Below are positions 22,138 to 32,761 of a stretch of DNA of 35,083 nucleotides, one piece after another; position 1 is the first letter of the stretch; each line of letters opens with the position of its first letter. The stretch is from Halocafeteria seosinensis (lineage: Eukaryota). A program made the translations under genes and the position numbers. Below the pieces are notes generated by a model. It was not told the DNA's origin and ran no database searches. It was given only the letters and a program-made list of their open reading frames with translations. The stretch covers positions 1 to 35,083 of the forward strand of contig LVLI01000365.1 of the NCBI GenBank assembly GCA_001687465.1. Direction: 5' to 3'.

Positions 22138-23268
22138 CTACAGTAAATTCTTCAAGGTTTCAAAGTCGTACGAGAAAAAATCAGCCTGATTTTTTATATT
22201 CTCCCGGACGCACACTCCACCATATCCAATGAAATAGTCAGCTGGGGGCCGAGCTTCCAGATCTGTAGCACCATCCCCAATGATAACCATTTTCCCAAGG
22301 CTCATTTGGTTTTTCAGCCCTTGTAACACCAATGCCTTGCCGCCCGACCTGCTAACTGGAACACTGTCATCAAAAGAATGGTAGGTTCCATCTCTGATAG
22401 TGAAGATGAAACTAAAACGAGTAAGTAGGTCTGAAATCATCCGATTCAACAGAGTTTACATACTCGTTGTAATGTAATATATTTGCGAAGACGTTTTCGT
22501 CCGGAAGCTCCAGTTGTCTGGAAAATGGGAGGATCATGTCTTTGAGTCCGCCGGACACGAGGTAGACATCAATACCTCTTCCTCTTAGTGCATCGATGAA
22601 TTTATCCACACCTGAAACATTATGCAACGTCGAAAATCGGAGGGGAAGTTAACCAGTGACTACGTTCCTAACGGATATAGCTTAACTTACCTGGATTTAG
22701 TGCGAGCTCTCCAGATTCATTTACAGTTTGGATGTCATCTTTTGAAGGCTGCACAATATCCAACCGTTTGCGTAACGCTTCTTCCAGAGGCATTGCGCCT
22801 GTCATTGCACTGCAAGGCAATCAAACAAGCTTGTAGTTAAGTTTTAGAATTTAAAGTAGACGGGAAGTGCAGTTGTGGACAGCTGGTCCTTCAATAGACA
22901 AACCTGTTGGTCAACTCTCCCACTTCTTTCTCTTTTCCCCTTTTCTTCGCAAGTGTATCGATACCTTCTCCACTTAGAACCGTGCAGTCCACATCGAAAC
23001 AGACAGCATCGCACTTTCGTAAATCTTCTTCAACAGCAGCTCCAGACGGAGAACTCGAAGAAACCAAGTCCGATGTCCGAGGGAACACAGCCGGCAGGAG
23101 AACGGTACTCGCGCTCTTTTCAGAGGTATCACAAACGGAAGCAGCCGTCGCTGGGTTCGCAGAAGCAGCACTTGCAAGTCGCTTTCCTGCCTGCTGTGGA
23201 CGAGACGAAAGCATCTTCGAGAGGCACTGCCTCATAGTAGACTGGACGTTCCGGGTTGCAAGCAGCAT
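22138..23268 (-). CDS. PSPH: Phosphoserine phosphatase (HAD family) with N-terminal transit-peptide-like extension; exons 23268-22904, 22809-22691, 22611-22464, 22393-22138
   Basis: DAVCFDVDCTV (DxDxT), AMTGAMPLEEALRKRL, VYLVSGG, SGGKA, IGDGATDLEARPPADYFIGYGG. Three GT-AG introns restore one reading frame. Confidence 0.93.
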
Positions 23269-24061
23269 CTTTTACAGAATCAGGAATTCGACGAATATTT
23301 TTTTTTTTCTTTCTGTAGACGCAGCGGGTGCACTTAACGTTTGACACCATTACGAACAAATCAAATCGAATTCCATACTGATGGAGTTCATTCCGGCTGT
23401 CAAGGACGCGAAGCTACTGTCTATGTACCCCTGCTGGACAGGTGTTCGAAAGTCGGAGTCGACTCGAGTGACTCAAGCTCTTGGGACACGTGTAGGACAG
23501 CGATTTGCGCGGAAGCTCAGCCATGATTCATTCCCTTCAGAAAGCTAAAAAACGTAATTAATGCAAATGTACAAAATGAACACGGTAATTACCAGCGTGT
23601 AGACGCGGGGTTCAAAGAATCTAACCCCGTGACGTGTGACTCAGTGCGTCGTGCCATTCACCCGGGGTTCCACGTTGTAGGCGAAGGGCCAGGTAGTAAA
23701 TCAGTGTCTTGTTTGCTCTGTGCATACGTTTTGCTTATACAATGTAATGCTAGTTGGTTAATCTCGTATGGACATTTTATTCCGTATTCTTGGGTGGAGG
23801 TAAACCTGTTCAGTCCACTGAAGGGGAACCACGGGCAAGTAAAACCACAGAATATGATTCGGTGCGGGTACCAAATTTCTTATCTAAGATGGCGGATCCC
23901 CCCAAGATGGAACGCTTAGTGTGCACGCATGATACTTCACGCATGCACATGCACATATGCTTCAGTGGGGGGTTGCAGTGACTAAGGAATACGATTGTGG
24001 AATGGAGCAACAACGATTGTATATGGTATGCTCCCTAAAGAAAACGGACAGCCAGCTACTA

Positions 24062-25080
24062 CTAGTTTTCTCCTTGCAATAGCTGGATAAATTCAGCATC
24101 ACTACGCAAGCCGGAGCAGCTGACAGCTTGAGCTGGTACTAGTCCTTTCTGTCAAACACATGAATTGTTAGACGGTCTAACAGCCGCGTTGATATGCTTA
24201 GAGGAACACTTACGTTATTTTTTTCCTGGGGATTTGCACCTACATACAACAGATATCGAACCGTCTCCTCTTGCCCAATCTGACATGCTATGTGCAAAGG
24301 TGTGTTGCCAGCCTGTATGCACGGGGGAGCACAATCATTGCCACAATGACGCAAGTCGAGGCGGTACATAGCTACGACCGAACTACCCACATTGTCCTTG
24401 GGGTCCATGCTCGCCCCATGATGTTCTATCAAGAGCGAGGCAACCCTTGTGTAACCATTCCAACAAGCATTGTGTAGAGCTGTCAGACCATCCTGCATAT
24501 GAGTGCCGTTTCGTTTGCGGCAACTTGGGTTAGCTCAAACCAGCATCACTTACTTTATCCACCACATTCATGTTCGCGCCGTATCTCATAATGAGCATGT
24601 GAGCGAAGCCTGTATAACCTTTCCAAGAAGCAGTATGAAGGGCAGTATTTCCTTGCTGCCACATTGATCTTCATGAGTCTTCAACAAGTGAACAAGTGAT
24701 GCAAGAAGAATGCAGCTTACACTGTCGGTAGCGTGAACATTAGCATGATGACTGTCCAATAGAGTTCGAGCTACCTTGATTGTTCCAAATGATGCTGCCC
24801 AATGCAGTAACGTCTCATTCCTCTGCAATTGTCAAGGCAGCTGTCAAGGTGTTGCGCGTTCGGCGCCCAGTACAGTACCGTAGCGACGACAACGTACCCC
24901 ATAACGTATCGTATCAACATGTAAACTGGGGTATTTGCTGAGAATCCTATCCAATTGATCGGCATCTCCCGAACGGCAAGCTTCGTACAAAGCGATTTTA
25001 TCCTTCTCGTCTACGTGTCGTACTTCCAGACTCCCCGTGGCGGCGGCATTGTCGGAAAACTCGGTTGCCCGCTCCGACAT
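24062..25080 (-). CDS. Ankyrin repeat protein; exons 25080-24898, 24822-24721, 24655-24554, 24492-24391, 24312-24214, 24148-24062
   Basis: Internal exons of 102, 102, 102 and 99 nt, each one repeat (RNETLLHWAASFG, QGNTALHTASWKG, DGLTALHNACWNG, AGNTPLHIACQIG). Five phase-0 GT-AG introns of 61-78 nt. Stop TAG at 24064-24062. Confidence 0.9.
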
Positions 25081-25736
25081 GGCCAGAATTTGTCTTTTTA
25101 ACAAATGTGTTCAATCAGACTCACTCAGAACCAACTGGACATCAATGTTGAACGACGGGGATGTGCAACGTTCACCACGATGGCGTGAATTGTGGCCATG
25201 TACACGAGGAATCGTCGTTGTGGAGCGGAGACCCGCGATATCCTCTTGAGTCACTTGATTTGTTTGGCGTAAAAACCACACTCTCCAAGGGAAAGCACCG
25301 GGCCGGTAGTAGTTAATAAAATGGACATATACCTCGAAACATGCCGTATCAACCCCACTTTTATACAATTGTACTGAAATCGCGCCCAGGAGAATCTTTG
25401 CTACCGGGCCCGGCGTACAGCCCGGATTGGCTAGCCACTTTTTCCACTTCCCTGCCTGTTTCAGTCACATTTTTGTTGTGGATAATTTCGGGTAAGTCTC
25501 CGTTGCTGAAACCGCGACTAGAAGGGTTCCGCGTGCGTGAGTATGTAAATAAAAGCACAGTGGCTGTGGAATTCCCCCTTTTTGTTGAACCTTCAACCGC
25601 CGAAGGGATCCGGGATCAAGACCAGTCGGCCCTCGATTCCTCTTGTGCTGTTTTAAATTCTCTTTTTAGAGATCGCACAGGGAAAAGGAATCGAGTCCAC
25701 GCGAAGCGAAGCAAGGAAAGAGAAAAATCCACTACC

Positions 25737-27327
25737 ATGGCAGCGGATTCCTTGTCCATGGAGGACCGACGCGCACTATGGAAAGCGTGTCGACAGCCAG
25801 CGGTGGATGCCGTCACGGAGATATTGGATCGATATTGTGGAGGTGAAGGATCCCAGAATGAACCCAACGGCAGCTTTGTCGATACCATTACGTTCGGTGG
25901 ATTGGTATGTAGTACTTGGATTCTTTGCCGTCCGTCGTCCGTGTAGTAGTAGGCAGGGAGGTTGTTGGGTGCAGTTTAACTTCAGTCCTTTGCATTACGC
26001 GGCTTCCAAAGGACACACGGAATTGGCATCACTGCTCATTGACCGATACAATGCAAATGTCAATGCGACCAATAAGGTGCGACGACAGCTCGTTCCAAAC
26101 CAACAGTAGTAGCAGTTATATGTAGTTTGTGGATGTGCCAAGGGGCAGGCTGGTTCAACTCCTCTTCATTGGGCAGCGCATGGTGGGCACAAAGCCATGG
26201 TGACCATGCTCGTCGATAAATATGACGCCGATATTTATGCTAGGACAAATGTAAGCCGCGAACTAAGAGCTTCATTGCTACTCCAGCTGGATGAATGGAT
26301 TGGTATGCGGTGCGATACGCAGCAAGGTTATACGCCATTGTTTCAAGCTGTAGAGAATGGCCAGGTTGATATGGTCTCCACCCTAGTTGATACGTGCAAA
26401 CTGGATGTGAACGCAACAGATAACGTAATTAAACGCTGTTTGGAATGCGGACTTGACTCCTTAGCATGCGATTTTTTGTAAAACTACTCTTGCAGTCTGG
26501 CAAGAACGTGCTTTTCAAAGCAGTTGAACGCAATCGGAGCGAATGCTTGTCGCTCTTGATACAGAACTATGGTTTGAATGTCAACAGTAGAGATAATGTA
26601 AGTAGATCTTTGACGCCGAGTTCGTTCGGAGAGTGAGTACAAACCTCACGTAGGGGCTTGTTGATTCCATCCAGCACGGTGAAATGCCGGTTCACACAGC
26701 TGCACGAACGGGACATTGTCTTTCTACGCTGGTTGATAAATATCATGCAGATATACATGCAAAAGATTGTGTAAGTTGGCGCGTAGTGTGCGGCCAGTAG
26801 GTTTCGTTTTGTTGACTTCGTTTCTCGCAGTTTGGCCGAACCGCTCTTCACTACGCTGCACGCGACGGATCAGAGGATGCTCTGACTAGCCTCGTAGAGC
26901 AATATCGTTGCGATGTTCATGCAGTTGATAATGTGAGACTTACCTTTGCTTCTATATGACAATACCTTACACGTATACAATTGGTTTTGAATGCAGGACG
27001 GCGAGACACCACTGCATTATGCTGCTTACTACGGACGGAAAGGGGTCGTATCCACCTTGATTGACAAGTATCTTGCCGACGCATTTGCGAAAGACAGTGT
27101 AAGAGCGCGGGCATGATTATCATTTGCTACCAATCTAATACTCATTCTCCCGTTTATTTCTTCAGGAAGGCGAAAATCCTATCGAGAAAGCTGTTCGCTC
27201 ATCCTTAGATGTTAAAGAAACGCTCGAGTATTTTGGAGACTTAGGAGTGGACACAAGATATCCAAAAAAGGCAATAGGGAACTCAGTTATGGAAAAAGAA
27301 GCGCAACACCGCGGTGAAAGGACATAA
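25737..27327 (+). CDS. Ankyrin repeat protein; exons 25737-25904, 25975-26076, 26149-26250, 26323-26424, 26496-26597, 26675-26770, 26831-26932, 26997-27098, 27166-27327
   Basis: Seven internal one-repeat exons (102, 102, 102, 102, 96, 102, 102 nt): FNFSPLHYAASKG, AGSTPLHWAAHGG, QGYTPLFQAVENG, SGKNVLFKAVERN, HGEMPVHTAARTG, FGRTALHYAARDG, DGETPLHYAAYYG. Eight phase-0 GT-AG introns of 60-77 nt. Start context ACCATGG, stop TAA at 27325-27327. Confidence 0.92.
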
Positions 27328-27607
27328 CTGAGCTTTCGTTACTAGCAACAAGTTGAGACAATATCTGTGGCACAGTCTGTTGCTGCCAAGGGCGGGGACA
27401 GTTACTTACTCTACAGTTGCTCTAGTAGTTTAATGGTGGACTCCTGTTTATAGGCGGCCCTCGTATTGCCGCTAATGTCTCTTCCTCGTTCTGGAGTAAT
27501 GTGTTGCTGCTTGAGGTAGCGTCTACATGTCAAGAAATTGCCTCCTGTACTATGACGTTATAGCGTATCATACTTTTATAGGTGTATAGCATAGGAGCGT
27601 GTGTTCA

Positions 27608-28570
27608 TTAAAGCTGTTTCATATACTGTGGATGGTACTTGCTGTAGTACTCTGCTTCAGGTACGAGCGCTTCACGGAAGCGTTTGTCAGTCCCAAAAAT
27701 ATGATCCATGAGGCCTATTGACCCGAAATTTTCAGTGACCATTTCGTGATGCCAGTCATGGAAGTGCGGATGTGGAAGGACAGTCAACAAGTCATAGCCG
27801 GAGTGAACGCAAGCAGCGCTGGTAGTTGCAACACACGTCCAAAGTCCCATTAGCATCGGGTGCGTTCCAAGTATCCATCCGGTTCCGACTACAGATAAGA
27901 GGTTCTGAAATAAGTGTTCCATGGTAGAGCAATACTTCGAGGCCATTGCACATGGAGCCGAAAAACTGTGATGCTGCCAATGAAAATGCTTGTACACCCA
28001 TGGATGGTGCAGAATCCGATGCGTCGTGAAGAATATCACATCCAGCGCAACGATGAATGTTACCATCAACAGAACTGATTTTAAAACACTGGGTAGATCC
28101 TGGATGGCGCTTTCATCTCGAGTCATATTCAACGCGTACAGGTACGACAGAGGAACTTCCACCAGGAGCATGTTCCGGCCAACGATCAGAGCCACGTGCC
28201 AGTAGTCTTTGAGAGTTGGGGACGGTTCTTCCGGTTGCGTCTTGTACTGTACAGCCCAGCGATGCAATGGCGGTACCAAATCCATCATAGCGTAGGTCCC
28301 GGTAACCAATGCAAAGTAAATGTCAGGCACCACCATTGCCATGGCGAACGAAGCCCAAAAGGATCCGAATGTATCGATCATCCAGTGCCATACATGAACC
28401 CCATGGGTGTGTACGTACAAGAGGCCGAGTGCAATCAGCAACAACAATCCTCCTTTGCTCGCAAAGAAGCCTGGTTTCTTGGGCACTTTGCGTGGAACTT
28501 CATTCGGTGTCGGTTTCGGTTTCTGCCGTTGTTTCGATACCACGTTCGGCTCCGAATCCTGCATCATCAA
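27608..28570 (-). CDS. Fatty acid hydroxylase / sterol desaturase superfamily membrane enzyme (FAXDC2/ERG25-like), intronless
   Basis: Three His boxes (HRILH, HWQHH, HFHDWHH) plus HSGY and NFG..GLMDHIFGTD, with several hydrophobic segments. Confidence 0.9.
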   Translation of the reverse strand: MMMQDSEPNVVSKQRQKPKPTPNEVPRKVPKKPGFFASKGGLLLLIALGLLYVHTHGVHVWHWMIDTFGSFWASFAMAMVVPDIYFALVTGTYAMMDLVPPLHRWAVQYKTQPEEPSPTLKDYWHVALIVGRNMLLVEVPLSYLYALNMTRDESAIQDLPSVLKSVLLMVTFIVALDVIFFTTHRILHHPWVYKHFHWQHHSFSAPCAMASKYCSTMEHLFQNLLSVVGTGWILGTHPMLMGLWTCVATTSAACVHSGYDLLTVLPHPHFHDWHHEMVTENFGSIGLMDHIFGTDKRFREALVPEAEYYSKYHPQYMKQL

Positions 28571-29496
28571 CTTCTCGTGGCTTTGTTGTCGTCAGTGTGT
28601 ACAAATTCGATTCGAGAGAAACGCGGAACAGACAGACTTCCTTTCTTTTATTTTTGGATTCCCTTCGGATCCCGGTTGAATCGCTCGCAAGTTGAAGACG
28701 CTAGGAAGAACGAGATGATGCACAAAAAGCAAACAGGAAAAAAAAAAAAAAGATCCCAATTTGACAGGGGGGGGATATTTCCTTTTTTTCTGCTTACACA
28801 CTTCTTCAAACCCGCATTAAATTTAGCTCAACACGCAGTGAATGGATGAATAAAAGTGGCAAGTCCCGCTGCGTTTCGGGTGGGTTTCGGTCCGAAAACC
28901 CGGAGTAGAAGTTTGTCGTAGCTCTTGCTATGGAAACGTACAATTTCAAAATCGATAGTCTCGATTGCACTGTGTAAGTAATACGGCGCCAAGTTCCTGC
29001 CCCGTTAGTACGTAAATGCGTGACAGGCTCAGCTGCATCTCTGGTTGAAGTTTGCTTATACCTCCATGTACATGATCTTTTTGCATTTTCACTCGATCCA
29101 TACCTCTTTATTACACTTTTATATATCGTGTGAAAGCTCTAGCGTGACGATTTGGAGCTCTGAATGCACTGAAATGGCCCCTGGTTGAACTTCACAAACC
29201 CTCTCCTTCACATGCGGTCTCTGTATCTGTGGGAGGCATTGTGGTACGCCGTATATGTGCATTGTTAGACCATGTTGATAACAAAAATACGGTGGGAACA
29301 GATAGTAGGATAGACTCTCCAAGAACCGTGAGTTTGGTTTGGATTTTGTAGAGGTCGTGTATACAGCCATTGTGAAGAAAGGTGCTTCATCGCCGCATAA
29401 TCACGTTGTTCAGTCCTTTCTCCCAAATTTTTTTCGTTGGTTCGAGACCAGTAGTAAGTGCATGCGCTCGATAAAGTGTCCCCCGGATCGAAAGAA

Positions 29497-31146
29497 ATGG
29501 CGGCGGCGGCATCGTCACCAACGGTGACGTCCAACTCGAATGCGATCTCTCCCGAAGATTTGCTGGAAATCGGTAAAACTTTTATGGAGGAGCAAGAAGG
29601 CTTGGATGAAGCCAATCAATATTTTACGCGTGCCCGGGAGCTCTTGCAGAAGCGAGAAAGTAGTTGCTGCTACTGGCAAGGAGCCATCAAGCGGAAACAG
29701 AACAAACTCGTGGACGCCATATCAGAGTATGATGAAGCCATTCGGCTTTCGAAATCCCAATGGAAAGATCCTTTCTTAAAGAAAGCGGAAGTACTACGAC
29801 TTCAAGGGAAATTGGGTCTTGCGAGAGAGGCTATGGACAAAGCGTTGAGTTTGGAACCACAGGACCCTGATACACTATATAGCATGGGGGATATTTGTAA
29901 AGAGCAACGAAGATACAATGACGCCGTCCGATACTTTCAGAAAGCTGGAGTAGCAGGTACTACTTGGGCACTACCTCACGTACGACAAGGCGAGTGTTAT
30001 ATCAAACAAAGAGATTTTCGATCGGCTATTGCGTCCCTGGAAAAAGCAGTTGCACTGGACTCAAGCCTAGACGAAGCTCATCACTTGAAGGCCACTGTGC
30101 TGCAGGAACAGGGGAAGAATCAAGAAGCAGTTGAAGCCCTTGACGCAGCAATTACTCTAGATCCTACCAAGCGACTATATTATCGCCTTAAAGGAACATG
30201 TTGCGAACGACTGGATCGGCTCAACGACGCACTTACTGCATTTGACAAGGCCCTAGAGATAGATAACGATGATGCTGACTGTCAGACTTCCAAAGGACGA
30301 GTTCTGGCTGGACTCGGGCGATTAGAGGAAGCTATACGCTGCTTTGATACAGCAATAGGGTTGAATCCAAATGATGGTTGCCCTCATTGCAATAAAGCAG
30401 AAGCATTGCGACTTGCGGGACAGTTCACAGATGCAATCACAAGTATTAACACAGCAATTTCACTATCTGGCAATGGCGATTCCTTCAATACGAAAGGTAT
30501 TATCCTCGAAAACCAGGGAAAGTACGCAGATGCAATACAATGCTACAACACTGCACTTAGCAAGAAACCAGGAACATGCCTCTTTCTGTACAACAAGGCC
30601 AGCTCACTAACCCTCCAAGGCAATATTTCGGATGCTATTTCCTGCTTGGACACTTGCCTGAGAATCAATCCCTCATATACTGCTGCAGTAAATGAGCGAC
30701 GGCGCTTGCAGAACATGCAACCATCTACCAGTTCGACTACCACACGTACTACGTCTTCGGCAACAGCAACAGCCTCGGGTACCAGTACCGCTACACCACC
30801 AAGGGCACCTGCAAGGCTCGCATACCGAGGTCGTTCCGCGGCTCACAGCTCCAATAGTAGCTCTTCACTCCCTTTGAAGATACAAGAACTGCGAGACAAA
30901 GGCTGCGACATTGAAGAAGAATGTCCTGCATCCTACTGTTGCCCTATCATGACGTGCATAATGGAAGACCCAGTGATCGCCAAGGACGGCTACACGTATG
31001 AACGATCTGCGATACAGCAGTGGCTCAGCCAAAAATCTAGTTCTCCTCAAACTAGAGAAAAACTTCCAGACACTCAACTAACTCCAAACTTGAATTTAAA
31101 AGGAGATATTTGGAGTTGGGTCGATGACAAGTTGAAGGGTACCTAA
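29497..31146 (+). CDS. TPR repeat + U-box protein (putative E3 ligase), intronless
   Basis: First in-frame ATG at 29497 (the track starts at GTG 29458). About 11 TPR motifs (e.g. KGRVLAGLGRLEEAIRCFDTAIGLNP), an S/T-rich linker, and a C-terminal U-box (CPASYCCPIMTCIMEDPVIAKDGYTYERSAIQQWL...SPQTRE...LTPN). Confidence 0.92.
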   Translation: MAAAASSPTVTSNSNAISPEDLLEIGKTFMEEQEGLDEANQYFTRARELLQKRESSCCYWQGAIKRKQNKLVDAISEYDEAIRLSKSQWKDPFLKKAEVLRLQGKLGLAREAMDKALSLEPQDPDTLYSMGDICKEQRRYNDAVRYFQKAGVAGTTWALPHVRQGECYIKQRDFRSAIASLEKAVALDSSLDEAHHLKATVLQEQGKNQEAVEALDAAITLDPTKRLYYRLKGTCCERLDRLNDALTAFDKALEIDNDDADCQTSKGRVLAGLGRLEEAIRCFDTAIGLNPNDGCPHCNKAEALRLAGQFTDAITSINTAISLSGNGDSFNTKGIILENQGKYADAIQCYNTALSKKPGTCLFLYNKASSLTLQGNISDAISCLDTCLRINPSYTAAVNERRRLQNMQPSTSSTTTRTTSSATATASGTSTATPPRAPARLAYRGRSAAHSSNSSSSLPLKIQELRDKGCDIEEECPASYCCPIMTCIMEDPVIAKDGYTYERSAIQQWLSQKSSSPQTREKLPDTQLTPNLNLKGDIWSWVDDKLKGT

Positions 31147-32761
31147 AAATTCTTGGTTGCAATCGCCGACTGAGAAGGGTCTCTTTCCGAGAAACGAACT
31201 GGCAGCTGTTTGCATTCATGCTTTCGAGACTTGAACGCTTACAAAAGACTTCTTTGAGGTTGATACTATCCCACCATTAGCCCTTTTGGGTGTTTCGTTG
31301 CGGAAACTAGCTAGGAGCGCTTCTCGACACAGTTCATAAGATGGAAGTTCTGTGCGAAGAAAAAGCATAACTAATTATTGATTTACTGCGTCTGCGTTCG
31401 CAACAAGTCTGCTGTCTTCTGCGGCGGAGTACGGTACGAGCAGCCTCACGCTCTCCAGCCCAACTTCCTAGTGTCCGTAGTTTAAGTAAGATAGTTGCAG
31501 CATACTTCCTAGGTTAAAGTGTACTACCAGTAGTATTGCTCTTTTAAAACAGGCGGGTTGGTTGCTCGGTTTCTCCTGAGTCTTCGAGCTATATTAGCTC
31601 TATTTTCATCCATGACGAGTGGATGAAAGTTTGAAGTTCATCATGGAACTCAAATTTTCAGGGCACAGATGTGAGAGCCAAGGCCCTCCAGAAGGTGGTG
31701 CCACCCGTACAGTGGTGCTCACCACATAAATCTGGACAAAAGCGACATATCCGCAGCAAAATGCATAAAGATGGAGAAAAGGGCACAGAGGGAAGAAATC
31801 TGCTAAAAGTTGTACTCTCTCAACAAGTCGACCTTGCGGTAACGGTCACCGAGTCACCAGAACCGCTGTGGATCCGTCCGCTGTAGCGTTTTCTGGACAC
31901 TACAGTATAAACAAGTTGTATACACAGTAAGTACAGTATTGACGATAGAACCATAAACCGGAAGAAGTGCTCGTAAACAACAAAGTATTCGTCTGAACCC
32001 ATAGGAAACCAAGGCGTCGGAAAGCTACCTAGTACAGTGCGCAAGAGGAAAGAACAAAGCGTAGCGCGTGATTCATTGCCTTTTCTAAAGCTAATAATCA
32101 TGGGACGACCCATAAAGCGGATATCATCTTCGCTCACCTTGCAATGGACGCTGACGTTGACTGGGGTTGCGTTTATTGCTGTCCGTCCTCGCTTGATATC
32201 TGGTCCAAACGAAAAGCAACTGGACTGTCCACTGGACTGTCCCAACCCCAATCCCAGTGAGCAATGCGTAATACATTGCGTATTCTCTTCTCAGTGTGAT
32301 ACTCCCTTGGTGTATGCATCTCGTCAGAGGGCGCATCGTTTCACCTGCTCTACTCTTATCATGCCGTCATCGTGTTCTGTACTCGTAGCAAACGGAAAAG
32401 CAACCATGTCCACTGTCTGGTTCATTTTGGCTCGTTGTCAAAAAAGGGACAGCTCATCGAATCTTGAGACGACTGCATGCTTGGAAATACGGGGGAAACG
32501 GAGGCGGTCCCTACATATATCTCCCCTGAAAGATCCAGTTGCAATGAGGTAACTTGCAGCGATTAACGTCGTACGTGAGAGTGTAGTCACAAGAAGGTCA
32601 TGGGATTCTTTAGTCACCTGTTGCTAACTTCCTACTCCGTTCGTTGGTGGAGAAAGCTGGCTGATAGAGGACGAGGAGAGACTGCTTTTACGACTGCCAG
32701 CACTACGGGTATGACGAGCGATATGGGTCCACGCCATAAAATACTCCTCTTCTATGAACAC

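Noticed and set aside
23596..23635. GGTTCAAA resembling a tRNA T-loop
   Set aside because: No cloverleaf, D-arm or acceptor stem could be formed.
20695..27165. Ankyrin-gene introns as introner (transposon-derived) copies
   Set aside because: Lengths are similar, but by eye the introns share no internal sequence or terminal repeats beyond splice consensus.
31671..32552. ORFs 31671-31886 (+), 31820-32251 (-) and 32037-32552 (+)
   Set aside because: Non-ATG starts in the track, no recognisable domain and no convincing splice model; left unannotated.
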